Source: Candidatus Elarobacter sp. (GTDB lineage Bacteria; Vulcanimicrobiota; Vulcanimicrobiia; Vulcanimicrobiales; Vulcanimicrobiaceae). From it: 64,000 nt of DNA. The translations under genes were made by a program, and so were the position numbers. Below the pieces are notes generated by a model. It ran no database searches and was not told where the DNA came from. It worked only from the letters and a program-made list of their open reading frames with translations. This document shows positions 46,074 through 53,966 of this stretch, one piece after another. Position 1 is the stretch's first letter. Each line of letters opens with the position of its first letter. Where the stretch lies: the NCBI GenBank assembly GCA_035943995.1, contig DASZBS010000021.1:58604-122603 (forward strand), given 5' to 3'.

Positions 46074-48356
46074 ATGGGTGAGCTGCAAGGTCCTAACCGC
46101 GACTATCACCTGCACACCCTTGGGTGGAACGGATTCCAAGACTTAGCCAGCATCGTCGTTTCTGAAGTCTATGGCATCAACGTTCAAACGTTCAACAAGA
46201 CGCGTGACGCCGGACAAGACGGCGCGTTCCTAATCGCCGCTGTTCCGACCCGCTTAGACTTGATACAAGGGTCTGGAATAATACAGTGCAAGCACTTCGG
46301 CGACTCCGACGCCAGCCTTACGTTGAGTTCGGTTTCCGACGAATTGGTGAAGGCGAGCCGGCTAACGTTGAAGGGCCTTGCCGACAACTATGTCTTAGTT
46401 ACAAACGGTCGAGTATCGGCAAGCCAGCGTGCGATAATCTGCGACAAATTCCGGGGAACGGCCGGCATCAAGAACTGCGTGATATTGGATGGGAACTGGC
46501 TGACCAAGGAAATCGCTCTTTCATCTCGATTACGGCGTATCGTTCCGCGCGTCTACGGTCTTGGCGATCTACGATATGTCATAGATGATCGGGCTTCGGC
46601 CCAAACGCGCCAAGTATTGGTAGCGATGAAGTACGAGCTCGCAACAATGGTTCAGACCAAGGCCTATTTTGACTGCCTCAGAGCCTTGCAACAGTATGGT
46701 TTTGCGATGCTCGTCGGCGAGGCAGCCTCAGGAAAATCGACAATTGCCGCAACACTTGCAATGGCATCACTAGACGAACATAATGGCCTAAATTGCGAAG
46801 AGCCGATGGAAGCTTATAAGATTCGCACACCGAAGGATTTCGCAGAACGCTTCGATCCCGAAAATCCAGGACAGTTTTTCTGGGTTGATGACGCGTTCGG
46901 TTCGAACTCGTTTCAGCGCGGCCTCACTGAGGAATGGTCGCGGTATTTTAAAGAACTTCAGGCTGCGATTAAGGGCGGTGGCAAAATAATCTTCACATCG
47001 CGTGACTATGTGTTTGGTTCAGCGCGCGCAAATCTACTCATCGATGCATTTCCGTTGCTCAGAACCGCCGAGGTCATTATATACTTACGCGATATCTCGC
47101 AGCGTGAGAGAGTGCAGATACTCTATAACCACATAAAATTCGGTGATCAGCCCAAGCCCTATAAGCGACAGCTAAAGCCATTCTTGCTCAAGGCAGCACT
47201 CTCTCCACATTTTGTGCCCGAAGTAGCCAAGCGGCTCGGCAATCCGGAATACACAAAAGATGTTGCCATGACTCAAGAAGGCGTGCTGGATTTCGTCCGA
47301 CGCCGCGGCGACTATCTAATTGAGACGATTCAGAAGATGGACGACGATCTTAAGCGCGCACTTTATGTAATGTTTATGCTAGGTGGGCGCATTCCATCAC
47401 CTCTTGATCCGGCCGATGTGGGACTTGGACAGGCGCTTCGACTGAATGACTTGAGTGTGCAAGGTCTCCGCGATGCGTTCAAGCGAGCCGACGGATCATT
47501 TATAATTGTAGATTCATCCGAGGAATATACGTTTCGACATCCAACGATTCGTGACGCTATTGCCTCGATAGTAAGCGCGGACCGCGAGCTAGTTGACGTC
47601 TATCTAGCCGGCACTCCTTTAGCCATCCTTCTAGCTGAGGTCCGATGTGTTGGAATGGTCGTAACCGGCGCAAAAGTCGAGGTCCCCACCAATAGATATG
47701 CGCTCTTACGTAGCCGCCTTGAGGAATTGACTGACGCATATCAAGCTGTTCCGTTCCTGGCAGATCGGGCCGATGACAAGTTCTTGCGAGCTTATATCGA
47801 TAAGCATCCCGAAGTTATCGCGAAACTGTTGCAAAATTGGTCTTGGGAAGATTCGCCATCTGCGCGAATTGTATTACGGCGCCTTCACGATTTGTCCGTG
47901 CTTTCGGCTGGCGATAGGGCTACTGTTGTTGCGCGCATCGTGGAGTACTGCGTTGAAACGCCAAGTGCTCTCGTACTGGCCGATGAGAACATATCGGCCC
48001 TTCTGACGGACGACGAACGAAGCGACGCGATTAGCCGCCTCCAGTCCGAGGTCGTTCCATCACTCGATGACATAATTGCCCAATGGGGAGAGAACTACGA
48101 CGTAAGCAATGATCCGGAAAACTATTTCGCCCCATTGTGGTCGACATTGGATTCGCTGAGCGCACTTCTCCTGTCAGAAGGTGATTCAAGCGGGTATGTT
48201 CTCGTTAAAGAAGCGGAGACGGCATTACAGCATATCTTCGATGCTGCTGAAAGCGACTATCATGATGCCAATCAGGAGCCAGACTACGATGACGACCGTC
48301 GCGGAACACCGTCGGGTAGCTATGACCGAGATCCGTTTGATGATGTTGACGAATAG
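46074..48356 (+). CDS. Restriction-endonuclease-like domain fused to a STAND (nSTAND3-like) NTPase; putative anti-phage protein
   Basis: N-terminal F..L..., DAGQDG, IIQCKH (PD-(D/E)xK-like); Walker A GEAASGKST; Walker B FFWVDDAFG; TSRDY; acidic C-tail; about 50% GC in sampled lines. Confidence 0.8.
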   Translation: MGELQGPNRDYHLHTLGWNGFQDLASIVVSEVYGINVQTFNKTRDAGQDGAFLIAAVPTRLDLIQGSGIIQCKHFGDSDASLTLSSVSDELVKASRLTLKGLADNYVLVTNGRVSASQRAIICDKFRGTAGIKNCVILDGNWLTKEIALSSRLRRIVPRVYGLGDLRYVIDDRASAQTRQVLVAMKYELATMVQTKAYFDCLRALQQYGFAMLVGEAASGKSTIAATLAMASLDEHNGLNCEEPMEAYKIRTPKDFAERFDPENPGQFFWVDDAFGSNSFQRGLTEEWSRYFKELQAAIKGGGKIIFTSRDYVFGSARANLLIDAFPLLRTAEVIIYLRDISQRERVQILYNHIKFGDQPKPYKRQLKPFLLKAALSPHFVPEVAKRLGNPEYTKDVAMTQEGVLDFVRRRGDYLIETIQKMDDDLKRALYVMFMLGGRIPSPLDPADVGLGQALRLNDLSVQGLRDAFKRADGSFIIVDSSEEYTFRHPTIRDAIASIVSADRELVDVYLAGTPLAILLAEVRCVGMVVTGAKVEVPTNRYALLRSRLEELTDAYQAVPFLADRADDKFLRAYIDKHPEVIAKLLQNWSWEDSPSARIVLRRLHDLSVLSAGDRATVVARIVEYCVETPSALVLADENISALLTDDERSDAISRLQSEVVPSLDDIIAQWGENYDVSNDPENYFAPLWSTLDSLSALLLSEGDSSGYVLVKEAETALQHIFDAAESDYHDANQEPDYDDDRRGTPSGSYDRDPFDDVDE

Positions 48357-48388
48357 GCTCATGGGTCCGAGTCGCGCACAGTAGCCTC

Positions 48389-48598
48389 ATGCGCATATTT
48401 TACGATTTCGCCCAGAATTCACCGCGAGCGGGTTCCAGGCTCTCAAACCAACGGGTTCATTGTATTCGCGGGCGGGTGGTCGTCGACGATCGCTTGGCTT
48501 TGGAATGGCGGAGAACCATTCTCGTCAAGGAGAGAGCGGATCTGAGCAACGTCATCGACCGCATGAGCCCTCGCATTCTCACTAGATGGGGACCTTAG
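48389..48598 (+). CDS. Small hypothetical ORF or gene remnant
   Basis: 69-aa ORF in lower-GC DNA, 32 nt after the STAND gene; no motif recognised. Confidence 0.3.
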   Translation: MRIFYDFAQNSPRAGSRLSNQRVHCIRGRVVVDDRLALEWRRTILVKERADLSNVIDRMSPRILTRWGP

Positions 48599-48647
48599 GC
48601 GGTCGTCTTCGATGTCGCGCCTCTTTCACCGAGCGGTAAGCGAACGG

Positions 48648-49061
48648 TCAGCCCTTTCGCATCAGCGCGATGCGGCCCGGCCCCGCGATGACGAGCGCCA
48701 GCGCGATGCCGACCGCGTAGATGAAGTACTCGATCCCTTCGCCCTTCTGGTTGCCCATGAAGTTCATGAAAAAGCCGTTTGGCAGGTGGACGAGAACCGC
48801 CGCGCACGCCATGTCGACCGCGATGCCCAGTGCGGCGAGGCGCGTGAACACGCCGAGCACCAGCGCGATCGGGCCGAGAAATTCGACCGCGATCACGAGA
48901 TAGACGATGATCGCGGGCAGGCCCGTATGGCCGAGCCCGGCGACGGTCGCCGAGATGCCGGGACCTCCGAAGAGGCCGAGCGCTTTCTGGGCGCCGTGCG
49001 GCCACATCACGATGGCGAGGGTCAGCCGCAGAACCAACAGGGCGATATCGGTGGGCCGCAT
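48648..49061 (-). CDS. DoxX family membrane protein
   Basis: LL.LRL.L...M..HGAQK..G.FGG.G, EF.G...L.LG..TR.AAL, G.E motifs. Confidence 0.92.
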   Translation of the reverse strand: MRPTDIALLVLRLTLAIVMWPHGAQKALGLFGGPGISATVAGLGHTGLPAIIVYLVIAVEFLGPIALVLGVFTRLAALGIAVDMACAAVLVHLPNGFFMNFMGNQKGEGIEYFIYAVGIALALVIAGPGRIALMRKG

Positions 49062-49252
49062 GCCTCGATGCTACCGCAATGCGACCCAAGCTCAATCACT
49101 CGACGACCGCGACCGCGCGTTCGTAGAGGCGCCCCGCGGGCGCGCATACACCGCCGGTTTCGTGGCGTGCGCTGCCGTGAGAGACGGTCCGGCGCCGCCC
49201 TTCACTACGACCGCGAATAACGCGTCGCTGTGCGCACCGAGTGCAGAAACAC

Positions 49253-49287
49253 GAAAACCCCGACGGCGGCCAACCAACGGGGTTCTC
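49253..49287 (-). terminator. Putative intrinsic terminator (minus strand)
   Basis: GAAAACCCCG...CGGGGTTCTC stem; reads ...GGGGTTTTCGTGTTTC on the minus strand. Confidence 0.5.
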
Positions 49288-49565
49288 ACGATGCGGGTTC
49301 ACTCGTGCGCCTGGAAGGCTCGCTCACCGGATCTGCCGTTTATCGCGAAGCCACTCGGCGTCTTAAGGCTCGTATAGATTTTACGTGGACGAGTTTCCCG
49401 AACCGCCCGGAGTCGACTTACAACGTCGGTTTCTCCACGCTGCTTGGGGACCCGACAAACGGTCCCGGTCGCACGAACAGCATATCACACTTCCCGTTAA
49501 AAGTGAGCCAGGCGTCGAAAATCGGGCGCCTCGGCGGCCGGCCTGCGCGGACGGTATAGTTTTTC

Positions 49566-49666
49566 ATGGCACGGTGGGCTTCGAGCCCATTGTAATTGCC
49601 AGCAGAAATTCGGAACAACCGCCTCGACAACACCGGCCCGCCGGCGCGAGCGCGGTTTTTTCTTTT
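49566..49666 (+). ncRNA. Candidate structured small RNA or attenuator leader
   Basis: TATAGT at 49555-60; hairpin TGGC-ACGGTGGGCT-TCG-AGCCCATTGT-(AATT)-GCCA; second stem AACCGC-CTCG/CGAG-C-GCGGTT followed by TTTTCTTTT. Confidence 0.4.
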
Positions 49667-49699
49667 GTTGCCTGCCCGCGAAGAATGGAGGCTCAGAAC

Positions 49700-49870
49700 A
49701 TGAAACTCGCGCTTAGCATCCGCACGCGGACCCACGTCACCCGGAAACGACCCTGCGCGTCGTCCGCCATCGCGGTGGTTTTCGCTGCTCGCGTCGCTAA
49801 GCGAGAAGATCCCGGTCAAACGGGGGCCCTGTTGGTCATTTCGCGCCGTCGTCGCGACCGTTTTCTTTGA
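49700..49870 (+). CDS. Candidate 56-aa basic small protein
   Basis: GGAGG at 49687-91, 8 nt before ATG; overlaps the 3' end of peptide 3 on the opposite strand by 35 nt. Confidence 0.3.
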   Translation: MKLALSIRTRTHVTRKRPCASSAIAVVFAARVAKREDPGQTGALLVISRRRRDRFL

Positions 49871-50093
49871 GCGGATTCGGGACGCTGCTTTGCGTGACCG
49901 ACGTCACCCGGATCGGCGGCGCCGGGGATGCCGGGCCGCGATAGCCACCATGTTCCTCATCGTCTCGAAGCGGCGGGACGCTACTTTGCGCGACCGACGT
50001 TACGGGGAGCCAGGGAGATGCCGATTCCGGCCCGCGATACCCGCCCAATTCTTTGAGCAGGTCTTCGGGGCGCGGCGAACGTTCCTCGCTCAT
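49836..50093 (-). CDS. Peptide 3 (85 aa) with two tandem GGYRG...TS...QSSVP cores
   Basis: 32-aa internal repeat whose conserved codons differ at synonymous positions; ATGA-coupled to peptide 2. Confidence 0.75.
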   Translation of the reverse strand: MSEERSPRPEDLLKELGGYRGPESASPWLPVTSVAQSSVPPLRDDEEHGGYRGPASPAPPIRVTSVTQSSVPNPLKENGRDDGAK

Positions 50094-50251
50094 GCTTTCT
50101 TAGCGGCATTCGGTGCCGCGGGAGCAACCGGAACGGCCGATTGCGGGCCGCTCGTCATCGGGACGCTCGCCGGGGCGGCCGCGCTCGGCCCTTTGTGCCC
50201 CTTCTCGACGTAACCGGAGACCGGCGTAGCCGGCTTTGACGTGTCTCTCAC
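50090..50251 (-). CDS. Peptide 2 (53 aa) MRDTSKPATPVSGYVEKGHKGPSAAAPASVPMTSGPQSAVPVAPAAPNAAKKA
   Basis: Translated by hand (not in the ORF track); GTG overlaps the peptide 1 stop (GTGA); its TGA overlaps the peptide 3 ATG; carries the shared core. Confidence 0.7.
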   Translation of the reverse strand: MRDTSKPATPVSGYVEKGHKGPSAAAPASVPMTSGPQSAVPVAPAAPNAAKKA

Positions 50252-50400
50252 TTGCTCGCGTTGCTCGCGGTGCTGCCAGCGTTGGCGGCCGGAACCGCCG
50301 AAACCGCCTTCGCCGTCGTCGCAATGGCCGGCGCGGGTGCGCTCGTGCCCTTATGGCCCTCTTGAAGATGGGATACGCGGACTCTTTGCTCGTCAGCCAT
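50248..50400 (-). CDS. Peptide 1 (50 aa) MADEQRVRVSHLQEGHKGTSAPAPAIATTAKAVSAVPAANAGSTASNASK
   Basis: Translated by hand (not in the ORF track); ATG overlaps the last 8 nt of the DUF6338-like gene (ATGGCTGA); carries the shared core. Confidence 0.7.
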   Translation of the reverse strand: MADEQRVRVSHLQEGHKGTSAPAPAIATTAKAVSAVPAANAGSTASNASK

Positions 50401-51097
50401 CGGTCTTTCGTTCCTCGGTTTCGGCGGGAAGGGCCAGCGGGGGTGGTGCTGGCGGTTCAGGCTCGGTCGCGATGGCGGCCTCGGCGTCGAACGCCTCGAT
50501 CGTCACAATGTCGGCCCGTTTCACCAAGAGACCCTTGGCGCCCGCGATGCGTTTCAGAATTTGGCCTGTTTTCTGGTCAATTTCGCACGGCACCGTGATG
50601 AGCAAATCCTCGTCCGCCGGAAACGATGACGCGAACGGCGTCTCGGCCCAAAAGCCGCCGATTCGCCGGCCGTCGGAGAGCATCAATACGATGGCGACCG
50701 GCTCGGCCTTCTTCGCCAATTCCGTGAAAAAATAGTCCCACGCCTTGGGCATGGTCGAGAGCACGAGCCCCTTTTTCGCCAACAACTCGCGCAACTCGAT
50801 GATGAACCATCCGACCGCGCACGGCACGACGAGCCCGGCGATGACAACGAAGGCAACGACGGCCCACGCGTTGCTGATTGGAATCGGGACAAGCCGCAGA
50901 AACACGAACGCCAGAATGTCGATGAGCACGCTGTATCCGACGAGCGCGATGCCGAGGTCCCCGTACTTCCGTCGCTCGCCCGGCACGCGCAAATCGTAGA
51001 CCGCAACGGCGAGAAAGCCGGGGAACAGCAGCGTGAAGAACCGCGCCATGCCGTCCTGCGTCGTAAAGAACGCGAGCAGGTCCGTCGCCTCTTTCAC
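50393..51097 (-). CDS. DUF6338-like membrane protein
   Basis: LFPGFLA, three hydrophobic helices, KAWDYFF, ..LSDGRRIGG, FASSFP..EDLLI, GLLV...DI..IE.F pattern recalled for this family; GTG 51097 preferred over the ORF-track start 51181. Confidence 0.75.
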   Translation of the reverse strand: MKEATDLLAFFTTQDGMARFFTLLFPGFLAVAVYDLRVPGERRKYGDLGIALVGYSVLIDILAFVFLRLVPIPISNAWAVVAFVVIAGLVVPCAVGWFIIELRELLAKKGLVLSTMPKAWDYFFTELAKKAEPVAIVLMLSDGRRIGGFWAETPFASSFPADEDLLITVPCEIDQKTGQILKRIAGAKGLLVKRADIVTIEAFDAEAAIATEPEPPAPPPLALPAETEERKTDG

Positions 51098-51177
51098 CCC
51101 AGCACTCTCGTCTGCCGAACCGTCATGCCGCTTGCCGTGGCGGGAACTGTGGCAGCAGTACGAGGTCGCGCCGTTGC

Positions 51178-53949
51178 TCAATCATCGACGACCTCAAGAG
51201 CGCGCGCGTAGAGTGCGCCCTGGAGGCGCGCGTAGACCGCCGGCTGCATCGCGTACCGTTGCCGCGCGAGGCGGTCCGCCTGACGCGACAAGTCGACGAG
51301 CCGCGCGCCACGCGCCGTGTCGGCATCGGGCGCGCTCTGATCGGTGCGGGCGAGCAGCGCCGCGATGCGGTTGCCTTCCGCGCTCGCGGTCTGCTTGGGA
51401 ACGTCGATCGCTTCGTACGGCGCGGCGTCGCCGCCGTGGGACGTGAAGAAGTCGCTCATGTCGGTCGCGAGCAGATCGCCGAGCGCGAGCGTGCCCAACC
51501 CGAGGAGCTGTTCGCTCGTTTTCAGCACGCTGACCGTCGAGAGATGGTGCGCGCCGAGATAGTGCGGCTTCGCGAACGGCCCGGCGACGATCGTATAGGT
51601 GCGGTACTCGTCGACGTGGTCGCGCGACGACTGCCCGTCGTCGGGCAGCACGAATAGCGCGGTGTGACGCCATGACGGCAGCGTCGAGAGATAGTGCACG
51701 ATCTGCCCCAGCGCACGGTCGCCGTCGGCGACCTCTTCGGGGACCGGCGGGATGCCGGGCCCGGCGCCCGTGTGGTCGGCGGGCAGCCAGATGTAGGTGA
51801 AGCGCGGCTGGCGCCCCTGCGCGACGAACGTGCCGTAGTCGCGGATGAACTCTTTGGCGCGCCGCTCGTCGCGGATGCGCAGGTTCCAGCCGGGGTAATT
51901 CAAATCGACGTGGCTGTCCAGCACCGCGGGCGCGGGGACGTCGAGACCGTAGAGGCCGCCGAGTCCCTGCGTCGGCGCATCCTTGTCGTCGATGCCGGCG
52001 TACTGCGGATCGTCGGTTTTCGGATCCTTCGCGCCGCCTTCGTCGTAGCCGCTGACCCGGATGAAGTCGCCGTAGTCGCGGAACGCGATGCGGTGCCGCG
52101 CGAGCGCGTTGAACACGTAGCCCAGCCGCGGATAGTCTTCGGGATCTTCGTTCTTGTTGACGAGCGGCGTGCGGCCGCCTTTGTCGAACAGCGTGCGCTC
52201 CGAGTACAGCGTCGTCATGCCGCCGGCGAGGAACTGGTGCCCGGCGTCGGACTCCTCCGCGTCGGCGAACATGTTGGTCGCCAGGCCGTAGCGCCGCGCG
52301 AGCGCGTGCAGATTCGGCGTGACGCTCTCGTTGAACGACACGAGCGCCGGATCGCCGCCGTACGCCGCGCCCAGATCGCCGAGCATCGCGTCGAACGTCT
52401 TGTTCTCTTCGAGGATCACGACGACGTGCTCGATTCCCTTCGGGTACGTCACCGGCTTGGTCAGCACGCGGCGCGTGTTCGCCAGCGTCGTCATCGTGGT
52501 GCTCTTGAGCTGAACCGCGGAAAGATCGACCTTCTGCAGCGTCGACCACACCGCGTTGGAGTCCGCCGACGTCGCCGGATCGCCGGTGAAGCCGGGGTCG
52601 TGCCCGTAGCCCTTGGTGTTGACGACGTACAGCGTGCGATCGTCGCTCGCGAGCGCGAGCGCGGTCGGGTACCAGCCCGTCGGAATCAAACCGAGCCGGT
52701 GCAGGTGAACGGGGTCGCGCGCGTCCATCACCGCCACGGCGTTGAGCCCGGCGAGCGCGACGTACAGCCGCGAGCCGTCTTTGGAGAGCGCGAGCGCGGA
52801 CGGCTGCGTGCCGTACGGCCCTTTGTCGAACAGCCGCAGCTCGGTGCCGCCCACGACGCGCGGCGGGCCGTTGAGCGAAACCGTCGCGACGCGGTCGACG
52901 TTGGTCATCGCGACGAACGCGAACGCGCCGTTCGCCGTAGTGACGACGGTCGTCGGATGCGCGCCGCCGACGGTGCGAACGCCGTCCGGTGCGGGATCCA
53001 TCGGCAGCGCCGCGTTGGCGAACGGGGTCGCATCCTGCACCGCGAGATCGCCGCCCGCGGCGAGCCCGACGAACGACAGCGCCGACGCGTGCTGCGGATC
53101 GGCGAACGGCGTGCGGAACGGGGGCGCGGTCGTGGGCTGCGCGAGCTTTCCGTAGCGCATGAGGCCTTCGTCGGTGACGACGAGCCGGTCACCCGCGACC
53201 GCGACGCCGAACGGGAAGAAGCCGACTTGCCGCACCGGCTGCACGAGCGTGCGCGCTGCGGTGTCGATCGCGGCGACCGTACCGGCGGCTTCGTCCACGA
53301 CGTACGCGCGCCGGTTGTCCTTCGACAGCACGATCGTGCCGGGATAGCTGTGCCCCTTGTCGGCAAACGCATCATCTGCCGGCGCGGGCGGCGTGATGAC
53401 GTGCGTCGCGTCGGCCGTGAGATGCCCGTTGGCATCGAGATCGAACGCATACACGACGTTGGTGGGGCCGCCCGACACGAGCACGAGCGCGCGCGACGCG
53501 TTGGCGGGATCGGCCAACGCGACGACGCCGACCCAGAACTTCTCGCCCGCCGCGCGATAGCGGTCGACGACGCGCATCGTCGCGAGCTCGACCACGGCGA
53601 GCGAGAACCCGCCGGTCGCGCCGGAGTCGATGATGGAATGCACCATCCCCTCGCGCTCGTCGTCGTTGCTGACGATCGCAAAGCGGCCGTCGGGGCTCAG
53701 CGCCATGCCCAGCGCGTTCATCCCGGTGAGCACGCTCTCACCCGCCGGCGTGACGATGCGCCCGGACGGCAGCACGGCGTCGTACGTCGCCCCGCGATAA
53801 TGCCCGGCGGGGATATTCCCGGAGGGCGCCGCGTAGGTCACCGAAGGGCGTACGGGCGCAGACTTCGCGGGCGCATGATGCACCGGCGCGGCAGTCGCGG
53901 CGCACGGCGCGAGCGCGAGCAGTACGGCGGCGAGGTGAGTCGGCTTCAT
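51178..53949 (-). CDS. Secreted YncE-like beta-propeller/alkaline-phosphatase-superfamily (phosphoesterase) fusion
   Basis: Signal peptide; YVTN-like blades (G.IPTGWYPTAL); HVVVILEEN.TFD..LGD, TPN.HALA, S..GH, QSSRDHVD. Confidence 0.85.
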   Translation of the reverse strand: MKPTHLAAVLLALAPCAATAAPVHHAPAKSAPVRPSVTYAAPSGNIPAGHYRGATYDAVLPSGRIVTPAGESVLTGMNALGMALSPDGRFAIVSNDDEREGMVHSIIDSGATGGFSLAVVELATMRVVDRYRAAGEKFWVGVVALADPANASRALVLVSGGPTNVVYAFDLDANGHLTADATHVITPPAPADDAFADKGHSYPGTIVLSKDNRRAYVVDEAAGTVAAIDTAARTLVQPVRQVGFFPFGVAVAGDRLVVTDEGLMRYGKLAQPTTAPPFRTPFADPQHASALSFVGLAAGGDLAVQDATPFANAALPMDPAPDGVRTVGGAHPTTVVTTANGAFAFVAMTNVDRVATVSLNGPPRVVGGTELRLFDKGPYGTQPSALALSKDGSRLYVALAGLNAVAVMDARDPVHLHRLGLIPTGWYPTALALASDDRTLYVVNTKGYGHDPGFTGDPATSADSNAVWSTLQKVDLSAVQLKSTTMTTLANTRRVLTKPVTYPKGIEHVVVILEENKTFDAMLGDLGAAYGGDPALVSFNESVTPNLHALARRYGLATNMFADAEESDAGHQFLAGGMTTLYSERTLFDKGGRTPLVNKNEDPEDYPRLGYVFNALARHRIAFRDYGDFIRVSGYDEGGAKDPKTDDPQYAGIDDKDAPTQGLGGLYGLDVPAPAVLDSHVDLNYPGWNLRIRDERRAKEFIRDYGTFVAQGRQPRFTYIWLPADHTGAGPGIPPVPEEVADGDRALGQIVHYLSTLPSWRHTALFVLPDDGQSSRDHVDEYRTYTIVAGPFAKPHYLGAHHLSTVSVLKTSEQLLGLGTLALGDLLATDMSDFFTSHGGDAAPYEAIDVPKQTASAEGNRIAALLARTDQSAPDADTARGARLVDLSRQADRLARQRYAMQPAVYARLQGALYARALEVVDD

Positions 53950-53966
53950 CGTCTCCTTCTGTCGGG

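Noticed and set aside
49816-49839. A fourth coupled ORF after peptide 3 (ATGA overlap, MTNRAPV*)
   Set aside because: Only 7 codons and lacks the shared core; ORF 49418-49819 beyond it has no RBS or motif.
49836-50400. Reading the peptides as lasso, lanthipeptide or graspetide precursors
   Set aside because: No Asp/Glu at core positions 7-9, no Cys, no double-glycine leader pattern, and no B/C, LanM, ATP-grasp or YcaO enzyme nearby.
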